Made by a program: the position numbers and the translations under genes. Below, in pieces: positions 1 to 8,439 of a stretch of DNA of 64,000 nt. Numbering within the stretch: the stretch's first letter is position 1; each line of letters opens with the position of its first letter. A model generated the notes under the pieces. The model worked only from the letters and a program-made list of their open reading frames with translations, was not told where the DNA came from and did no database searches. The DNA is from a bacterium (lineage in GTDB: Bacteria > Electryoneota > Electryoneia > Electryoneales > Electryoneaceae). The stretch is from assembly GCA_963669175.1 (NCBI GenBank), contig OY769902.1:960001-1024000 (forward strand), written 5' to 3'.

Positions 1-112
1 TGTCCAAAGTGCGATCTCATTCATGCTCGAAGATACGACAAATCTTACTGGCGTTGAAAACAAAAACCTTTATCTTTCAAGAAACTGGAAGAAGCAACAA
101 GGAGCGACAGAG

Positions 113-1123
113 ATGACACACGGTGATTTTCTGGAACGTCGCAAACGATTAAGCGACCTGGCGAATGGCTACCGTGCTTCGGCGGTGCTGTTTACGGCAA
201 ATGAACTGGGGTTGTTCAAGGTTTTATCCAATGGCGCCAAGGGGTTGAAAGAACTGGCCATAGAACTGGATGTATCCGAACATGGCCTGCTTTTGTTGTT
301 GCATGCTCTTGTCGGGTTGGACCTTCTGGCAATGGATAAGGACACTTTTGCCCTGTATGGCGATGCGGAGGAATTCCTGCGTTCTGATTCGCCCTATTTC
401 TTCGGCGACATGATGCAGCATGGGTACCGCTTGTATCAACGTTGGGAAAGCCTTGGTGAAGCGGTCAAGCTTGGCGCCACTCCATTCAGCAAAGAGGTTC
501 GAGCCGGTCGTACCAAAGAGGACTGGCGTGCCTTTATCATGGCGATGGATAACAATTCACGCACCTCGGCGGTTCAGACGGCTGATGCACTGGATTTGAC
601 CGGAGTGAAACGCATTCTGGACCTTGGCGGTGGACCGGGAACCTTCCTGTACACCTTCCTGGAACGTCTGCCGGACGCGACCGGGGCGATACTGGACTTC
701 GATCATGTACTCGAAATCGCCCAGGAAGTCGTGCAACGGTTCACTGTAGGCGAACGTGTATCCTACATCCCCGGCGATATGTTTAATGCTGATTACCAGG
801 GACCATACGACCTGATTTTCCTGGGCAATATCATTCACAGCAGCGGCCCAGAACGGTGTCGTGGGCTGGTCCGGCGCTGTACCGATGCGCTCGAAGAGGG
901 GGGACGTCTGGTTATCAAGGACTTCTTCATGGATGAGACCGCCACACGTCCGGCGGATGGCGCCATGTTCGCGTTGAATATGTTGGTCGGTACGGACAAC
1001 GGCCAATCCTATCGGTGGAAAGATGCTGTGGATTGGATGGAAGAACAGGGGTTGACAATTGTCCAGAAAATCCCGGTGGCATTCCATTCCGGGATACTCG
1101 TGGGTAAAAAATTGTCTTTGTGA
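113..1123 (+). CDS. SAM-dependent O-methyltransferase (family 2, with dimerisation domain)
   Basis: LDLGGGPG SAM-binding motif, N-terminal dimerisation helices, 'GDMF' and 'GGRLVIKDF' motifs. ATG at 113 follows AAGGAG; the ORF track starts at 23. Confidence 0.85.
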   Translation: MTHGDFLERRKRLSDLANGYRASAVLFTANELGLFKVLSNGAKGLKELAIELDVSEHGLLLLLHALVGLDLLAMDKDTFALYGDAEEFLRSDSPYFFGDMMQHGYRLYQRWESLGEAVKLGATPFSKEVRAGRTKEDWRAFIMAMDNNSRTSAVQTADALDLTGVKRILDLGGGPGTFLYTFLERLPDATGAILDFDHVLEIAQEVVQRFTVGERVSYIPGDMFNADYQGPYDLIFLGNIIHSSGPERCRGLVRRCTDALEEGGRLVIKDFFMDETATRPADGAMFALNMLVGTDNGQSYRWKDAVDWMEEQGLTIVQKIPVAFHSGILVGKKLSL

Positions 1124-1202
1124 GTACAAACCATGCAAAGTTTGTAAAGGTGTAGACGTAAAAAAAACGATCCGGCATGCCAAGTGTGCCGGATCGTTGT
1201 GC

Positions 1203-2756
1203 TTACTGGCTTTCCTGTTCCGGAAGAGGCGGCGCCAACTCCAGCGAGATCGGCTCAGTGTCCAGATACTTCTTCTTCCAGACGCGCACATTCCAGTCTG
1301 ATCCGGAGTTTGTAATCGGGATTTTCTTTCCGAATACATTCAGCGTACATGAAAGAATATCCTTCGGGACACCATCCGTGATCTCTTCGTATTCGGTATC
1401 GATTTTTGCGCGCCAGTCAGCGCGTTCTTTGATGTAGGTAATCCCGGAGCTGCTCATATGATGACCGGAAATCAGGTAATCCGGCCAGTATTCAGGTTGA
1501 GTCCAACGGATGCAGTGAAAAATACGGCCATCAGTAATATGGAAGCTGAAGGCAGGATCGCCGCCGATGGATGCATCATCAGGTATCAGCTCATGAACAA
1601 TGGCAACCGATTCTTCGTAGGTAAAATGCTTGTCTGTCCAGGTCAGGGGGACCAAAGCAAAACGGATAACGTAGAATTGAAGAATCATATAGCAGAACAC
1701 AACCCCCGAGAGGATCAGATAGCCGCCGATTCTTGCATATATATGCTTGTATAAATCAAGAAATTGGTAGAAAACAAATGGGGTTGAGATGAGCATGATA
1801 TAATTTAACATACGGTAATCATATAATGGTCTTCCTGTAAAAGGAAGATTATTTACAAAAAATATTAATACAATAGATAATAGTAATGTTGCGTTAATCC
1901 TGGTAGTCATAATATTAAAATCTCTGTTTTTATAAAGTAAATATGCTAATGCTGCTACATTCAAAAGTATTATCAGGGCTATAGGTGCTACAAAAACAGG
2001 GTTTTTAGATAATTCAAGGAAAAAACTGGTTTTATACGTTTGACTGGCAGTATTGCTGAAATTGCCAAATACAGAGGCGTAATTGGGATATAAAATATAG
2101 GCAGTGGAGATAACATTAACGAAAACTGCAATCGCGTAGATTTTGATTATGTCAATAACTGATTTTCTAATTTCACGATTGTTAAGAAAATAATAAAACG
2201 AGAAAATGAAAATGCCAAGAAATCCAGGAATCAGACCAGATGCAAACGATATTCCCAGCAAAATGCTTGGAAGTATAAGCTTATTGTACTTGAGATAAAC
2301 AATGAAGCTCAGGATGAAAAACAAGAATGAGGTTTCTTCCGGGCGCCCGACCGAGAATATAATAAAGGTTGGCGCAAAAAATCCAAAAACCAGCGCCCAA
2401 AAACTTTTTGTGTAATGATAAATGATAACAAACAGAATGATATTGATGATAATGTGAATAGCAAAAGTATATAAAAGAATTGAACTCCAGGAATATCCAA
2501 AAATAGAAAATACAAACGCGTTAAATAGCCGGAAGAAAGAATAATGAATACCGGTTGATGTATCATCAGACCCCATAAACCCCTTTATTGACGGCAATGT
2601 GTAACCATAGCCATTCTGGTGTGCATAGTAAGGTTCAGAGAAAGCAATAAAATCAGCCGTGGGAGTAGGCAACTCGTGAATATACAACCAACTGAAAAGG
2701 GCAATTTTCAGCGCTACCCCAATAGCCAGCAGTGTGTAGAATTTTTTCATCTCCAA
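1203..2756 (-). CDS. Polytopic membrane protein, possibly GT-C (ArnT/PMT-like) glycosyltransferase
   Basis: About 10-12 hydrophobic segments, 'GRPEE' loop motif, soluble C-terminal domain. AT-rich over most of its length. Confidence 0.55.
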   Translation of the reverse strand: MEMKKFYTLLAIGVALKIALFSWLYIHELPTPTADFIAFSEPYYAHQNGYGYTLPSIKGFMGSDDTSTGIHYSFFRLFNAFVFSIFGYSWSSILLYTFAIHIIINIILFVIIYHYTKSFWALVFGFFAPTFIIFSVGRPEETSFLFFILSFIVYLKYNKLILPSILLGISFASGLIPGFLGIFIFSFYYFLNNREIRKSVIDIIKIYAIAVFVNVISTAYILYPNYASVFGNFSNTASQTYKTSFFLELSKNPVFVAPIALIILLNVAALAYLLYKNRDFNIMTTRINATLLLSIVLIFFVNNLPFTGRPLYDYRMLNYIMLISTPFVFYQFLDLYKHIYARIGGYLILSGVVFCYMILQFYVIRFALVPLTWTDKHFTYEESVAIVHELIPDDASIGGDPAFSFHITDGRIFHCIRWTQPEYWPDYLISGHHMSSSGITYIKERADWRAKIDTEYEEITDGVPKDILSCTLNVFGKKIPITNSGSDWNVRVWKKKYLDTEPISLELAPPLPEQESQ

Positions 2757-3041
2757 CTCCCTGACTCAGGTTTTCAGAATACACAAACAACGAAATAACT
2801 AGTGGTTAAAATGCGCTGTCCAGCTTCTCTATTAGCAGAACCAACGCCATTTAGAAGATCAATGTGCGGCAAAGTAAGACTGTACCTCGTTGATAGTCAA
2901 CAACATTTGCCTTGAATCGGGTGAATGGTCGGGATCTGAATGTTAAGTAAGTAACACGCCGGGGAGTGATGATAAATTACGGGTCGTTGAAAGGCCCGCG
3001 CCCTTACGTAATACTAATGTGAAGAATTACATTGTATCCCG

Positions 3042-4004
3042 ATGACTTCTGAGACCGGACATAAGGTGAAGAAAATCCTGCTTCGTATCCTGCTGCCGTT
3101 GTTTATGGTGGGGGTAGGCTGGTTGGCGTATGACGCATTGAAGGCGGAACTCGCCCATGAAAGCATTGCCAATATTAAAGAATCGCTCCTTTCCATTGGC
3201 CCTTTGCGGCTCCTGATCGCCACGGGTTTTATGGCGTTATCCTATTGCGTGTTCGGTCTGTATGACGCTTCCGCTCTGAAATTATTCCACGCCGGTCTGT
3301 CAGTGCGAAAGGGATTGCTGGCCGGTTTTCTCGGCGGCACCATCTCCCAGAACACAGGGATGATGGGGCTGGGGGGATACGCGGTACGGGTAAAACTGTA
3401 TACGAACTGGCAACTTCCGGCGAAGATCATGGCGCAGCTCTTTGCCTTCCTGACACTGGCGCAATGGTTGGGGTTACTGGCGTTGTCCGGGGTGATGTTT
3501 CTCCTGTTCCCGGAGAAAATTCCTGCGATGCTGCATTTGCCGTTTAAGGATACCACTCCGCTTGCCTTGATCCTGTTGATTCCTATCCTGCTGTACTTCC
3601 TCATGGCGTTTCTGCTGAAGAAGCCGGTCACGATAGGAAAGAAAACCCTTCAACCTCCACGTAAGACCACACTTTTCACCCAGCTTGTGCTGTCCTGTGC
3701 ATCCCTTGCTGCGGCTGGCATGGTGCAGTGGGCGCTACTTCCGGAAGGGCACGGCATTCATGCGGCGGTGTTCCTGTCCATTTACCTGCTGGCTCAGATC
3801 GGGGGCAAACTTAGCCAGGTGCCTTTCGGGTTGGGAGTGTATGAAGCGGTGATCCTGGTGCTGCTGCCCAACACCTATGATAATGCGGCGATTGTTGGCG
3901 GGATGGTGGCCTATCGTGTGCTGTATAACATGATTCCCCTGCTGATCGCGGTGGTGGTGTGGTTGTTCACGTTGGCGCATGGTGCGGGGATACGAAAGGA
4001 CTGA
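3042..4004 (+). CDS. Lysylphosphatidylglycerol synthase TM-region / MprF-flippase-like membrane protein
   Basis: Multi-TM protein with 'QVPFGLGVYEAV' and 'AYRVLYNMIPL' motifs of the UPF0104/LPG_synthase_TM family. No C-terminal synthase domain. Confidence 0.75.
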   Translation: MTSETGHKVKKILLRILLPLFMVGVGWLAYDALKAELAHESIANIKESLLSIGPLRLLIATGFMALSYCVFGLYDASALKLFHAGLSVRKGLLAGFLGGTISQNTGMMGLGGYAVRVKLYTNWQLPAKIMAQLFAFLTLAQWLGLLALSGVMFLLFPEKIPAMLHLPFKDTTPLALILLIPILLYFLMAFLLKKPVTIGKKTLQPPRKTTLFTQLVLSCASLAAAGMVQWALLPEGHGIHAAVFLSIYLLAQIGGKLSQVPFGLGVYEAVILVLLPNTYDNAAIVGGMVAYRVLYNMIPLLIAVVVWLFTLAHGAGIRKD

Positions 4005-4152
4005 CTCTCAAGTTAAGCCGTTTGGCCCGACTGCTTGCTGTCGGGTTTCTTACCTCCCGTACCGAGGGCGGTCCAGGCTACGTGATGCTGATTCTCTTCT
4101 CGATGCTGAATACATCGTAAAGAACACTACTGAAGGACTGACTCTCCAGTTA
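3996..4152. repeat. 20-bp direct repeat (3996-4015 / 4133-4152) duplicating the gene end and flanking a REP-containing insert
   Basis: AAGGACTGACTCTCAAGTTA vs AAGGACTGACTCTCCAGTTA (1 mismatch); contains the stop codon of the upstream gene. Confidence 0.75.
4022..4045 (+). repeat. REP-like palindrome family 1 (core GGCCCGACTGCTTGCTGTCGGG)
   Basis: Identical 22-mer core also at 10905-10928, 22873-22896 (reverse) and 52473-52496. Degenerate relatives near 54642, 59548, 61938 and 62111. Confidence 0.85.
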
Positions 4153-4158
4153 GAATAG

Positions 4159-4253
4159 ACCCCGCCGGGCAGTCGCTTCCGCTTCGCTACAGCGTACTTC
4201 AAGCCGGCGGGGCCAAAACCTGCTGAGACGTACTTCAAGCCGGCGGGGCCAAA
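4159..4253. repeat. REP-like family 2 element plus 25-bp tandem duplication (4193-4217 / 4229-4253)
   Basis: CCCCGCCGG...CAAGCCGGCGGGGCCAA. CGTACTTCAAGCCGGCGGGGCCAAA occurs twice, 36 bp apart. Confidence 0.75.
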
Positions 4254-4348
4254 GTCTGCTACACCTTTTTTACCTTTTTTACTTTCTTTACGTTTTTTAC
4301 CTTCAATCCTCCTTTGCCTTCGTTACATGAATTGATTAAACTTGCGCC

Positions 4349-5830
4349 ATGTCGCAGGAGCAGTCGAAAAAGAGAGTCCAGCTTCCCGATTCCCCGGAAG
4401 CGTTGATCGAGCTGATCGGTGAAATCGCCCGTGAACAGCAGCTTGAGGTCTATGCGGTAGGCGGCTATATCCGTGATCGTTTGCTGGGTTTGCCGTTCTC
4501 CGGGGAGATCGATTTGTCGGTTGTGGGGGACGGGCCCGCGTTTGCCCGCAGCCTGGCGAAACGCTGGGGGATCCGGAGCGGAGTTCAGATCTACCGTCGT
4601 TTTGGCACCGCACGTTTGCAGGCGGGCTCCATCATCCTCGAGTTCGCCACCAGCCGACGTGAGTCCTATTCTCCCGATTCACGTAACCCCGATGTAGAAC
4701 CGGCGCCCTTCAGCGAGGATCTGGCGCGACGTGATTTTACCGTGAACGCGCTGGCAGTTGATGTCAGCGATCCGTCACGCATTATCGACCATTTCGAAGG
4801 CTTGGCGGACCTGGACGCTCGTCTGTTGCGAACCCCGCTCGCCCCGATCAAGACCTTCAGCGATGACCCCCTGCGGATTTTGCGAGCCATCCGTTTCGCG
4901 CACAGGCTGGATTTCCGTATCGCCGAAGAGACCTGGGAAGCGATCAGGAGCGAACGGCACCGGCTGGAAATCGTAGCTCGTAGCCGGATCAACGACGAAT
5001 TCTTTAAGATTCTCGTCCACAAGCCGCCCAGCCGTGGCATGCTACTCTTGAATAACAGCGGCGTGATGGAGGTGTTGTTCCCTGAAATCGCCGCGCTGGC
5101 CGGGGTGGATCAGGTCGGCAAGCATCATCACAAAGATGTTCTACTGCACACCTTCATCGTGATGGACCACCTGTCCGAAGTGACTGATGATCCACGCCTG
5201 CTGTTCGCCGCGCTGCTGCATGATATCGGCAAGCCACGCACCAAACGGTTCGAACCGGAACAGGGCTGGACCTTCCACGGGCACGAGCATGTCGGCGAAC
5301 GCTTGGTCAAAAAGATGGGCAAGAAATACGAATGGCCCGACGACCTGACCGAACGGACCTCAAAGCTGGTACGCCTGCACATGCGTCCCATCAACCTCAC
5401 CGGCGATGAGGTGACTGACAGCGGGGTGCGACGCCTGATCGTGCAGGCCGGAGACGATATCGACGACCTGCTGAAATTGTGCCGTGCCGATATCACCTCC
5501 GCTAACCCGCGCAAGGTGAAACGCTACCTGCATGAGTTCGATACCATGCTGGCCCACATGGAACGTGTCGAGGCGAAAGATGAACTGCGCCGTTTCCAAA
5601 GCCCGATCCGTGGCGATGAAATCATGGAACGTACCGGTCTGCCCGAAGGCCCGCGTGTCGGCCTGATCAAAGCCCTGATCGAAGAGGATATCCTCGATGG
5701 CCGCATCCCCTTCACCCGTGAAGGAGCGGACAGTGTGTTCGATGAAAAAGTCCAGGCTACCGCCGATATGCCCGAAAGAGATATGATCCGGCAGTTGAAG
5801 GCTATTATGATGAAGAGGAATGAGGGGTGA
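4349..5830 (+). CDS. cca: CCA tRNA nucleotidyltransferase with HD domain
   Basis: 'VGGYIRD', 'EIDL', 'DLARRDFTVNA', 'DDPLRILRAIRF' and 'LLHDIGKP' motifs. Confidence 0.9.
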   Translation: MSQEQSKKRVQLPDSPEALIELIGEIAREQQLEVYAVGGYIRDRLLGLPFSGEIDLSVVGDGPAFARSLAKRWGIRSGVQIYRRFGTARLQAGSIILEFATSRRESYSPDSRNPDVEPAPFSEDLARRDFTVNALAVDVSDPSRIIDHFEGLADLDARLLRTPLAPIKTFSDDPLRILRAIRFAHRLDFRIAEETWEAIRSERHRLEIVARSRINDEFFKILVHKPPSRGMLLLNNSGVMEVLFPEIAALAGVDQVGKHHHKDVLLHTFIVMDHLSEVTDDPRLLFAALLHDIGKPRTKRFEPEQGWTFHGHEHVGERLVKKMGKKYEWPDDLTERTSKLVRLHMRPINLTGDEVTDSGVRRLIVQAGDDIDDLLKLCRADITSANPRKVKRYLHEFDTMLAHMERVEAKDELRRFQSPIRGDEIMERTGLPEGPRVGLIKALIEEDILDGRIPFTREGADSVFDEKVQATADMPERDMIRQLKAIMMKRNEG

Positions 5831-5929
5831 AGCGATTAAAGATATTTTTGTGTGTTATTTAGCTTGATTATGAGTTGGAAACATATAAATTTAACTTTAG
5901 AGATGGTTTATTCAACATTGGGGAGGAAC

Positions 5930-6673
5930 ATGAAACTCGAAGATCATCCACATCTAAAAGAATTTGGGTTGGTTCCCTGGGCGATGTTTATCGACATTGA
6001 GGGATTCAGTCATATTTATTTAAATCAATTTGAAAATGATGCCCTTATGCAACTTCGTAAGTTCTCAAGAGGATTAAAAAAGATTTTCGATGCTTACGAT
6101 CAAGAAGATTCACGTCTATTTGTTCATGGAATTGGTGACGGTTTCCTTGTTTTGCCTGATTTTGGCGACCCCACATTGGAGAGACCACTATCAATTGCAA
6201 TGGCATTAATGCAAAACCAGTTACTAAATGGAGGTATATTGAAGGTTGGAATATCATGGGGAACTTTGGCAGATATTCAAGGCGTATATCCTGATCAAAT
6301 TAGGCAAAAAAATCTGCTCCAAAGAGGGATTTTCAGGTTGTGGCCGGTTATGGGAGATGCGTTGATAAGATCTCATCAAATAGCCAATAGTGCATCTGGA
6401 CCATTGCTTATTGTTGATAATGATGTTTCTAAATATCTACCAAACAACACCCCTAAATATTTTACTTATTCAAAATGGTTGGAGATGGACTGGTTGGCAG
6501 ATAATATCCCCTTGACAAATTCATTATTGCCTCTATTGCTAGGTGTACGCCATAACAATTTACCACAAAAGAACGATTTTAAAGATCAATTGAGAAGATA
6601 TATTTCTTTAAATAAATCTCTTAGTAAAAACAATAATTGGATTAAGTCCGCAAATACAATGCTGAGTATGTAG
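5930..6673 (+). CDS. Hypothetical protein with class III nucleotidyl-cyclase-like fold
   Basis: 'FIDIEGFS', 'GDGF', 'KVGISWG' and 'MGDALIRSH' follow the order of cyclase-like motifs. AT-rich; ATG at 5930 follows GGAGG. Confidence 0.55.
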   Translation: MKLEDHPHLKEFGLVPWAMFIDIEGFSHIYLNQFENDALMQLRKFSRGLKKIFDAYDQEDSRLFVHGIGDGFLVLPDFGDPTLERPLSIAMALMQNQLLNGGILKVGISWGTLADIQGVYPDQIRQKNLLQRGIFRLWPVMGDALIRSHQIANSASGPLLIVDNDVSKYLPNNTPKYFTYSKWLEMDWLADNIPLTNSLLPLLLGVRHNNLPQKNDFKDQLRRYISLNKSLSKNNNWIKSANTMLSM

Positions 6674-6682
6674 TGTTATTGG

Positions 6683-7114
6683 CTAAATACTTAATTGTAA
6701 CAATTTTAATCTTTGAAACTTAATCCCTCTTGTCTCAATCTTATAGAACCGTTGCATAGCAGGTTGTTCAAATTGCGTATAGATCCCTTTCCACCCACCC
6801 GCAACCAAACCGCAAATCTGATCCCAGTTCAAGAGAGGGCGCTTTTTACTTTTTCCATGATCGGTGTTGATGATCAGGAGGGAAATCTCCGTTTGGAGGA
6901 GAACCTCACGGTGTGCGACAAGCATACGCTCATCACGGCTAACAAGGACAACTTCCTGTTTGAGTTTGGCCAGATGGGTCAAAAGGGTAGGATCGTCCAT
7001 GCCACTGAAACCATGCTCGTCCAGATCAGTGACCTGGTGCTTGTATTGTGGAGTCAGACAGCGCAGGACGCAGGTTAATCGTCCGAATGAATTCTCGTCA
7101 ATGACAAACAGCAT
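6683..7114 (-). CDS. PIN-like toxin (VapC45/DUF5615-like)
   Basis: 'FVIDEN', 'DDPTLL', 'LVSRD' acidic PIN-like motifs; start overlaps the stop of the DUF433 gene. Confidence 0.7.
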   Translation of the reverse strand: MLFVIDENSFGRLTCVLRCLTPQYKHQVTDLDEHGFSGMDDPTLLTHLAKLKQEVVLVSRDERMLVAHREVLLQTEISLLIINTDHGKSKKRPLLNWDQICGLVAGGWKGIYTQFEQPAMQRFYKIETRGIKFQRLKLLQLSI

Positions 7115-7845
7115 TACGCAACCTTACGTAAATGCTCCTCATATAATTTTGCCTGGCGGACCTTTTCTTCCGGAACTTTGTGCCACCAGGACGTATACTG
7201 CAAATCCTGATGACGTTGCCAGGTATCAAATAAAACCCATGTCGGGACATGTGTGTTTTCTATGGTCGGCATACCGTGGTTCAGCTTGGGATCAATCACC
7301 ACGGCGGGCGCTTCTTCACGCATGGGATACCAGCGAACGACACGATCATTTTCATATTCCAGCCCAAGAGACAGATAAGGGCGAACCACAGGCCACATCT
7401 CGTATTGCATATTGAACAGATTCAGTAGTTCTTCCGCTTCGTGTGCATCTCCGGCATAGGATTTTATCTTTTCAATCAATCGGACATAAATCTGACCACC
7501 ATCATCCGTATAAAAGGATTTGCTGGTATACGGATAATCCAACTGAAGAAATGATTGGATGGTCTCATACAGTTTACGCAGTTTCTGGAGAGACTGGTCT
7601 TTTTTGCGGAAAGAAAACAGAAATCGTAATTCGATCAGGTTGTAAAATCCAAGAGGATAGTCTGTGCTGTCCGGATGTTGTGGGGTCAGAACCGGGGGGT
7701 ATTCTTCGCGCGTACCACGGCCTCGCCATCCGGCGGAATAGCCGAATGTCCAGTTTCTGACCAGCCGCCGGTTTTCCTTCAGGAGGTTTGCGGCGTCAGT
7801 CAGGGAATAGAATCCCTGTTGCTCTATGACCTGGTGTTCCTGCAC
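7114..7845 (-). CDS. DUF433-domain antitoxin (VapB45-like, N-terminal HTH)
   Basis: 'YSLTDAANLL', 'FYNLIELRF' and C-terminal 'VVIDPKLNHGMPTIENTHVPT'. Confidence 0.8.
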   Translation of the reverse strand: MQEHQVIEQQGFYSLTDAANLLKENRRLVRNWTFGYSAGWRGRGTREEYPPVLTPQHPDSTDYPLGFYNLIELRFLFSFRKKDQSLQKLRKLYETIQSFLQLDYPYTSKSFYTDDGGQIYVRLIEKIKSYAGDAHEAEELLNLFNMQYEMWPVVRPYLSLGLEYENDRVVRWYPMREEAPAVVIDPKLNHGMPTIENTHVPTWVLFDTWQRHQDLQYTSWWHKVPEEKVRQAKLYEEHLRKVA

Positions 7846-8006
7846 GAAAAATGCCCCCTATCCATAGTAGAAAAGTACGGTTCTATTCTTTGGTTACGCA
7901 AGCTCAGGAACAAACCTGCTTCCATTATTAACCCTGTTGTGACTGCTTGGGTTTCTTCGAAATGCAGCGCTGATTCCTGGGGAATTGTCCCTGAAGATAT
8001 CTTTAT

Positions 8007-8322
8007 GGTTCCTCGCTATTTCGTTTGGGTACACAAACTGAATCCGCAAGAAAATCGGGACTGCTACACTTTTCTGCAAAGACATAGCCTGAACATAAGG
8101 TTAATGACATGGTGTACAGATGAGTACTGGCCTTCAGACTTTAAACAAATAGCAGAAAAGGTAGCTGTCCCAGGATTTTCTGCTGATCACGAACAACAAG
8201 CATGCGAAAAATCCGGTACAGTTACCTTTTCTTCAAGATTGCCATGAGTGTCCTGCATTAGAAAACAAAAAAGGTAAAAGTCCCATTTTTCGCCGCCTCC
8301 ATACACGAAACAGCGAGGAGCC
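8007..8322. mobile_element. MITE 'A' (IS1595-like ends) carrying a four-site GGGACAG-type array
   Basis: TIRs GGTTCCTCGCTATTTCGT / rc GGCTCCTCGCTGTTTCGT (16/18). Degenerate 8-bp flanks ATCTTTAT/ACCTCTAC. Internal sites at 8050-8074, 8155-8180, 8206-8231 and 8268-8294. Confidence 0.7.
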
Positions 8323-8376
8323 ACCTCTACAAACCAAGCCGCCTATCGAACGGACCTCATCCAAATTGCATAACAT

Positions 8377-8410
8377 AAAAACCGGGACCACCACAAAGGC
8401 AATCCCGGTT
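8377..8410 (-). terminator. Probable intrinsic terminator of the 8440-10542 gene
   Basis: AACCGGGA...TCCCGGTT hairpin with a T-run on the minus strand. Confidence 0.55.
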
Positions 8411-8439
8411 GAAAAGCAGACAATCCGTATGTTCGCCCC

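Noticed and set aside
5930-6673. Complete Pycsar or CBASS system
   Set aside because: No adjacent TIR, TM or other effector gene; kept only as an orphan cyclase-like candidate.
7675-8247. ORFs over repeat regions (7675-8247, 22595-22986, 34491-34697, 14038-14324, and the 59863-60123 extension)
   Set aside because: They translate the palindromic sites (KGTVxFS-like peptides) and show no independent coding signal.
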